Below, in pieces: positions 58,908 to 64,000 of a stretch of DNA of 64,000 nucleotides. The DNA is from a virus: positions 1-64,000 of the IMG/VR virus record IMGVR_UViG_3300008952_001422; one strand, given 5' to 3'. The notes below the pieces were generated by a model. That model did no database searches. It was not told where the DNA came from and saw only the letters and a list, made by a program, of their open reading frames with translations. The stretch's first letter is position 1, and every line of letters begins with the position of its first letter. Made by a program: the position numbers and the translations under genes.

Positions 58908-61411
58908 TGAAATTAGACGAATTAGACAAACAAATTACATCATCTGACCTAGAAGCGTTAGAAACATTTGCTGATAGAATATTTGGCAAAGTAGGTATTG
59001 ATGTTGAATTCACTCGTCATTTCTTAGACAGAGTTAATGATACACGTAATAGAAAACAAATTACAGCAAGTGAATTAACTCGTTTATTCAAACAAGAATA
59101 CAAACGTTGGGGTCAACCTATTGCCCAAATGGGACCTGATGCTGAAGCAGTAATGAAAGATTTATCAACTGATATCAATATGCCATTTGCATTAGTATGG
59201 GATAAAGAAAATGAAGAACTTGATTTAATAGTAAAGACTGTAATGCGTAAACCAGATTTCAAAACATCTAACAGAGAGTTCCCAGTAGAAAGTGAATATT
59301 TTATTAAAGGAAAAGATACTTTGATTCCGTATGTATCAATGGATTGGGGATTGTGGAAAGCATCTCAAAGAGGAAGAATCAGTTTTGATGAAAGACTTTC
59401 AGAGTATATTGATAATGCTGGTGGTCAAGGAAGTGAAGGTCATATGAAAATGTGGTCAAGATTTAAAAAGAATCATGGTATAAAGAGTATGACTACTGAT
59501 GAAAAAGAAGAAACTTTTTTATATCAAAAAATGAAAAGTATGAAAAAATGGGAATATCCTAAACTTGAAGAAGAAGATGCTGGTCTTTATTATGATAATG
59601 TTAAAAAGAAAGATTACAGTAAGTATAAGGGAGAACAAATTTACGAATTAAGACAACAACTAAAAAGTATTAGACAAACACTTCTTAATTTACAAGATGT
59701 CGACCCTAAGGATGGCAGTTCAGATATGCAAAACGACATTAAAGGTATGCTTAGAGGATATGATGAATTAACAACTGCTATGGGTTCAGCAGAAGATAAA
59801 CTTTTAGGTGAAGGTATAGCAGAAGATGATTTAAGTGAGTTGGGCAGAGGATTATTCAGTATGGGTGGTCGTTCTGGCTCAAGATATACTCCAACTCAAA
59901 GTTCAACACATAGAACCATATCTCTTCCATTACGAGGTGAGCCAAAACTTCGACCAGCACACTCAAATAATATGTTTAGAAGATTATTGAAACTTAATAA
60001 AGATAATGAAACAGACAAAGAAACAGTAAATGAAGACCCAGATTATACTTTGATGGCTCAAAAAGCCACAATGAATTTAAGTGACCAAGCGATTGTTGCC
60101 TTAATTGCAGATTTGTATAAACAATTAGATAGGCAAGTAAATGAAGAAACAACACAATGTACTGCTTGTGATGGTACAGGTTGGGATAGAAGTGTAACTT
60201 CTGACGAAGATGATAGAGGTTGTGACGAATGTGGTGGCACTGGCGAGATTGAAGTTTTAGAAGAACATAATGTTCAGGTTAAAGGTAGTGACCCGTGGCC
60301 AAAAGCGAAGCCAGGAAGAACAGACCATCCGTTTATAGGTAAGTTAGTTGGCTCAAAATATAACGAAGATAGTCTTGCTGATACTAGACAAAAAAGAATA
60401 GCAATAGATACAGTTAGAAATCCTAGTAAAGCATTGTTAGGTGGTCCTTCAGCCAGTGAAGCAGAAGATATTTTAAAAACTAAATTTGGATATTCAGATA
60501 AAGATATTGCTAATCTTAAATCTACAGATAGTGGATTACAGAAGTTTGATACCACAAACGAAGCAACACAAAAACCATACGTATCAATGTATAGAGATAA
60601 AGATAACAGAAACAAAATGGTTTATGATGTGTTAGATAAGTACGGCAACTCAGCATTTAAATCTTACGATAAAGATGAAGCACAGAAATATCTCAAAGAC
60701 AACTATGAATCATTGAGAGAAGAATCTCAAATATGGAAATTCAACAAAGAAGACCCAAATAATCCTGAAGTGTTAATTCAAGGATTTGGAAGACTTATGC
60801 TTAATCAAATAGAAGATAGTGTAATTGGTAAACTAGAAGACTTAGTTCAAAGAGCAAAGGGTAGGAGAGATTGGCAACAGATAAATGCTAATTTAGATAG
60901 TGAGATTATGCAAATTATGATTAAGGCAATTGTTGATACAAAGAAAGATTTAGAAAAAACACGTAAAAGAGGTGGTCCTAAGTCACGAGGTATTAACAAA
61001 GACATCAATTATGAAAGCAAAGAAAGAACTTCTATACTTGATGTGATTGGTGAAAACACAAAGGTAAAAGAATTCGAAAAAGACTTTTCTAAATTAAATG
61101 AATTCACTCTTGTAGATGTCAAAGACATGATTAAAAAAGGTTGGATGTCTAGGCCAACTGAGAAACAATGGAAAGAACTTATAAAGATATACAACAAGTA
61201 CAAAGGAAATGTAACTAGAAAAGATTTAATAGATGTTGGTATTGCAACTCTAGGTCGTAAAGAGTCAGTTAAAGAAACTGGTGGTGTAGGCAAAGTAGTA
61301 CCAGGAGTAAACACAAGTGTTGATGTTGGACCAAATGAAATTAAGAAACAAGCGGCCAAGTTTGGCAATGATGTTGACAAAGACGGAGTTCCAAAGAAAA
61401 ATTTACGATAA
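58907..61411 (+). CDS. Multidomain modular protein
   Basis: MKLDEL tag; FTRHFLDRVND domain; CxxCxGxG zinc finger; PVE, IAE, VNE, VNE, YNE, LRE and VKE junctions. Confidence 0.8.
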   Translation: MKLDELDKQITSSDLEALETFADRIFGKVGIDVEFTRHFLDRVNDTRNRKQITASELTRLFKQEYKRWGQPIAQMGPDAEAVMKDLSTDINMPFALVWDKENEELDLIVKTVMRKPDFKTSNREFPVESEYFIKGKDTLIPYVSMDWGLWKASQRGRISFDERLSEYIDNAGGQGSEGHMKMWSRFKKNHGIKSMTTDEKEETFLYQKMKSMKKWEYPKLEEEDAGLYYDNVKKKDYSKYKGEQIYELRQQLKSIRQTLLNLQDVDPKDGSSDMQNDIKGMLRGYDELTTAMGSAEDKLLGEGIAEDDLSELGRGLFSMGGRSGSRYTPTQSSTHRTISLPLRGEPKLRPAHSNNMFRRLLKLNKDNETDKETVNEDPDYTLMAQKATMNLSDQAIVALIADLYKQLDRQVNEETTQCTACDGTGWDRSVTSDEDDRGCDECGGTGEIEVLEEHNVQVKGSDPWPKAKPGRTDHPFIGKLVGSKYNEDSLADTRQKRIAIDTVRNPSKALLGGPSASEAEDILKTKFGYSDKDIANLKSTDSGLQKFDTTNEATQKPYVSMYRDKDNRNKMVYDVLDKYGNSAFKSYDKDEAQKYLKDNYESLREESQIWKFNKEDPNNPEVLIQGFGRLMLNQIEDSVIGKLEDLVQRAKGRRDWQQINANLDSEIMQIMIKAIVDTKKDLEKTRKRGGPKSRGINKDINYESKERTSILDVIGENTKVKEFEKDFSKLNEFTLVDVKDMIKKGWMSRPTEKQWKELIKIYNKYKGNVTRKDLIDVGIATLGRKESVKETGGVGKVVPGVNTSVDVGPNEIKKQAAKFGNDVDKDGVPKKNLR

Positions 61412-61422
61412 AAGGCATTCAA

Positions 61423-62673
61423 GTGTATAACAAAGACACAATGTGTTATAAAACTTGGAATGATATTATCATATCATTACCAAAGAAAACAGTTAGTTGG
61501 TGTTGTAAGACAAACTTAACTGCTCAACAAACAAAAGAAACCACATTTAATTTAGATATCTTAAACACACAAGGTATAGATTTTCTTTTCAATCATCCAA
61601 TTCTTCAAAAGAGAAAAAACAACTTAGCAACTGGTGTAAGATGTCCAGATTGCCATGTATGTTGGGAATCAGAAGATAGGTCTGGACAAAGTCATAGAAC
61701 ATTATATACTAAAACTTACGAATCTAAGGAGTCCTTTACTGGTGAATTTGATTATGATACTCCTGCTACCTTTATTGAACTTGAATTAACAAACAAGTGT
61801 AATCTAGCATGTGTATATTGTGGACCACAACTTAGTTCAAGATGGCAAAAAGAATTAAAACAACGACATCCTGATACTGAAGATGAGATATTTCATAAAG
61901 TAATGGAGTTATTTACAGAATATTGTAATACTAAACTCACAAATGAACCATATATCAATATCAGTCTATTAGGTGGCGAGCCTTTCTTTACTGACCACAT
62001 GTACATATTCTTAGAATATCTTTCAAAATTCCATGTAAAATCAGAACAAGAAGTAACAGTTACAATCACAACTGGTATGGCTTTTCCTGAAAAGAAATTT
62101 ACGAAATTTATTGAGTTGATTGAACGTACTCCTAACATAATATACATTATGCAGTTATCTGGAGAAGCAATTGACGAGAGAGCAGAACTAATTCGGTGGG
62201 GGATGGACTTTAAGACGTGGAACAATAACTTAGATATGTTCTTAACAGAGTCAGCAAGACTGAAGAATCTAGTTATAGGATTTGGTTGCGCCCATAATGC
62301 CTTATCTCTGCCGTATTTCAAAGACTTTCTTGTATACATTAATAAAAAACTGGCAAAACACGAATACAAATCTCTTGTATGGTTTCTAATCAACTATATA
62401 GAAGAGCCACAACACTTATCCATATCAATGCTAAATAGTCACCATGCTGATGCTGTAACAGAGCAGATAGAGTACATGGAGAACGAAATGACTAATCTTT
62501 ATAAGAAAGATGAGTATACTACTATGCTAAAGTCACTTAGAAATCAAATTTTGAATGCGAATATCACTCCAGAGATGAAGCAGAATGCTTCAAAAGAGTT
62601 TGAAATGTTAGAGAATAGAAGAGGAATCTCCTACAAGTCTGAATTTCCTCATTTTGATGAGATAATTAAATAA
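61423..62673 (+). CDS. Radical SAM protein with N-terminal Cys cluster
   Basis: CNLACVYC and GGEP motifs; N-terminal C..W..CC..C..C. Confidence 0.88.
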   Translation: MYNKDTMCYKTWNDIIISLPKKTVSWCCKTNLTAQQTKETTFNLDILNTQGIDFLFNHPILQKRKNNLATGVRCPDCHVCWESEDRSGQSHRTLYTKTYESKESFTGEFDYDTPATFIELELTNKCNLACVYCGPQLSSRWQKELKQRHPDTEDEIFHKVMELFTEYCNTKLTNEPYINISLLGGEPFFTDHMYIFLEYLSKFHVKSEQEVTVTITTGMAFPEKKFTKFIELIERTPNIIYIMQLSGEAIDERAELIRWGMDFKTWNNNLDMFLTESARLKNLVIGFGCAHNALSLPYFKDFLVYINKKLAKHEYKSLVWFLINYIEEPQHLSISMLNSHHADAVTEQIEYMENEMTNLYKKDEYTTMLKSLRNQILNANITPEMKQNASKEFEMLENRRGISYKSEFPHFDEIIK

Positions 62674-62702
62674 GAATATTTTATTTTTTGATAAATACTA
62701 TT

Positions 62703-62909
62703 ATGAAAATATATGAGATTTTAGGTGAAATGACAAGTGCTGGTGGTATTGCAAGTGTTTCTACTACATTAGGTGGTGGTGACCCAAAGCAGAGCATATA
62801 CGCATCTAAAAAATCAAAGAAGAAAAAGAAATTAAAGATGGGATATAGTGCAGATGTTGGCAATTTATCATATAATACTCCCGTTAAATCACCAATGATT
62901 AGAAGGTAG
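62703..62909 (+). CDS. Small protein with MKIYEILGE tag and basic tail
   Basis: ATG 5 nt after GATAAATA. Confidence 0.7.
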   Translation: MKIYEILGEMTSAGGIASVSTTLGGGDPKQSIYASKKSKKKKKLKMGYSADVGNLSYNTPVKSPMIRR

Positions 62910-62916
62910 AAGGCTT

Positions 62917-64000
62917 ATGAAACTGACACAACTTATAGAAACCAAAGAACGTCTTTACGTTTGCGTTCATGCTAAAACTCCAAAGCATGAAGTTTACGCA
63001 AAATCATCTTATGATGCGGCAAAACAAGCGGCTGAGTATTGGGGTATGAAATCTACAGCAGGCATTGATGCACATTTGGCAGAAGACAATCAGCCTGAAC
63101 CACGTAAGATGCAAGTAACACAAGCAGACAAAGATAATAATACTGAAGCCTGGAAACGTTTTAGAGCAGGTGACCCAAGATATGAATGGAAAGATATGAT
63201 ACTTTCCAAAAAAGAAGGTGATGTATCAGAAGCAGTTGGCGAATTTGCACAACCAATTTATGATTTAATTGATGACTTGGGTGGTGATAATGATGCACAT
63301 GAAATCGTATTAAACGATATGGTTCGTTACTTAGGTGGTGATACTATTCAAGATTTTGTTAAAGACTTTAGAAGTAACCATGATATGAATCATCCAGGTG
63401 AAGATGGCGATTACGGTGAAGATGATAAAAACTTTGAATCAGTAAAAGAAGCAACACATGGTGAAGCCAAACCAATTTATGATTTAGTTGGTTCATTAGG
63501 TGCAGGTGATATTGAATTAGCACAGAATCCTGTATTTCAAGATTTAGTTCGTTTTTTAGATGCTGATACTATTAATAAGTTTGTAACAGACTTCCGTAGA
63601 AAGATGGCTAAAGATAAAGATTTCAAAGGTTCAGTTGATTTTGGTCAATATAAAGAATCATTTAATGATGAAGAATATAATGATGAAGAAAGGGCTGGAA
63701 TGGAATATACTGTATGGGTTGGTGGTACTGAAGTTAATGACAAGTGGCTAAATTACGAAGAAGCCAAAGAGTTATATGACTTATGGAGAGCCAAAGGTTA
63801 CGATGACGTTCAACTAGATGCTCGTTTAAAAGAAGGTTCATTTTGGGGCAGAGATGATATGGTTGCTCAAATGAAAAGAGATGAACTAGCGGCAGGAATG
63901 AGAAAGTACACAAAAGATGTTGACGGCGTCCATAGCGGTTCGACTACTTCTGACCCAGAAGAATGGAAAAGATTAGAAGCAGATGGTTACGAATGGGATA
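62917..64000 (+). CDS. Modular protein, truncated by window end (not in ORF track)
   Basis: Manual translation MKLTQLIETKERLYVCVH..., open for over 360 codons; internal tandem module. Confidence 0.85.
   Translation, partial: MKLTQLIETKERLYVCVHAKTPKHEVYAKSSYDAAKQAAEYWGMKSTAGIDAHLAEDNQPEPRKMQVTQADKDNNTEAWKRFRAGDPRYEWKDMILSKKEGDVSEAVGEFAQPIYDLIDDLGGDNDAHEIVLNDMVRYLGGDTIQDFVKDFRSNHDMNHPGEDGDYGEDDKNFESVKEATHGEAKPIYDLVGSLGAGDIELAQNPVFQDLVRFLDADTINKFVTDFRRKMAKDKDFKGSVDFGQYKESFNDEEYNDEERAGMEYTVWVGGTEVNDKWLNYEEAKELYDLWRAKGYDDVQLDARLKEGSFWGRDDMVAQMKRDELAAGMRKYTKDVDGVHSGSTTSDPEEWKRLEADGYEWD

Noticed and set aside
756-62863. Many short ORFs antisense or frame-shifted to long genes in the ORF track (e.g. 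1786-2094, 5020-5325, 31793-32245, 38960-39394, 61893-62393)
   Set aside because: They overlap well-supported genes, lack RBS or motifs and read as shadow ORFs
1-64000. Stop-codon reassignment as seen in some jumbo phages
   Set aside because: Conserved genes are full length in the standard code, and TAA, TAG and TGA all end genes at expected positions

Overview
AT-rich, gene-dense 64 kb segment of a large (probably jumbo) tailed dsDNA bacteriophage, almost entirely + strand, standard genetic code. Evidence: clamp loader, ATP-dependent DNA ligase, DnaE fragment, spanin pair, repetitive tail-fibre-like protein, two tRNAs (Glu-TTC, Asp-GTC), about 13 near-consensus sigma70 promoters and a recurring T4-late-like (G/T)ATAAATA motif. 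It carries many host-like genes (fdh, guaC, nadE, fpr, acpS/acpP, hscB/erpA, greA, infA, clpA, groES, sbmA, porin, FTR1-like permease); the host is probably a marine gammaproteobacterium (inference). Most notable: (1) late-expressed proteins with a shared N-terminal M-x-(L/I)-x-(E/Q)-(L/I) tag, several built from short modules separated by hydrophobic-x-Glu sites, suggesting capsid-packaged, protease-processed polyproteins of injected effectors; (2) a porin, ExbB/ExbD-like motor, ClpP-like periplasmic protein and SbmA envelope cluster; (3) host-factor homologues lacking catalytic residues (GreA D41G-equivalent, HscB without HPD); (4) several unannotated structured RNAs; (5) apparent avoidance of GATC, AGCT and GCWGC through synonymous codon choice; (6) nadE with a non-ATG start. 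All product calls come from motif recognition by eye; no searches were run.
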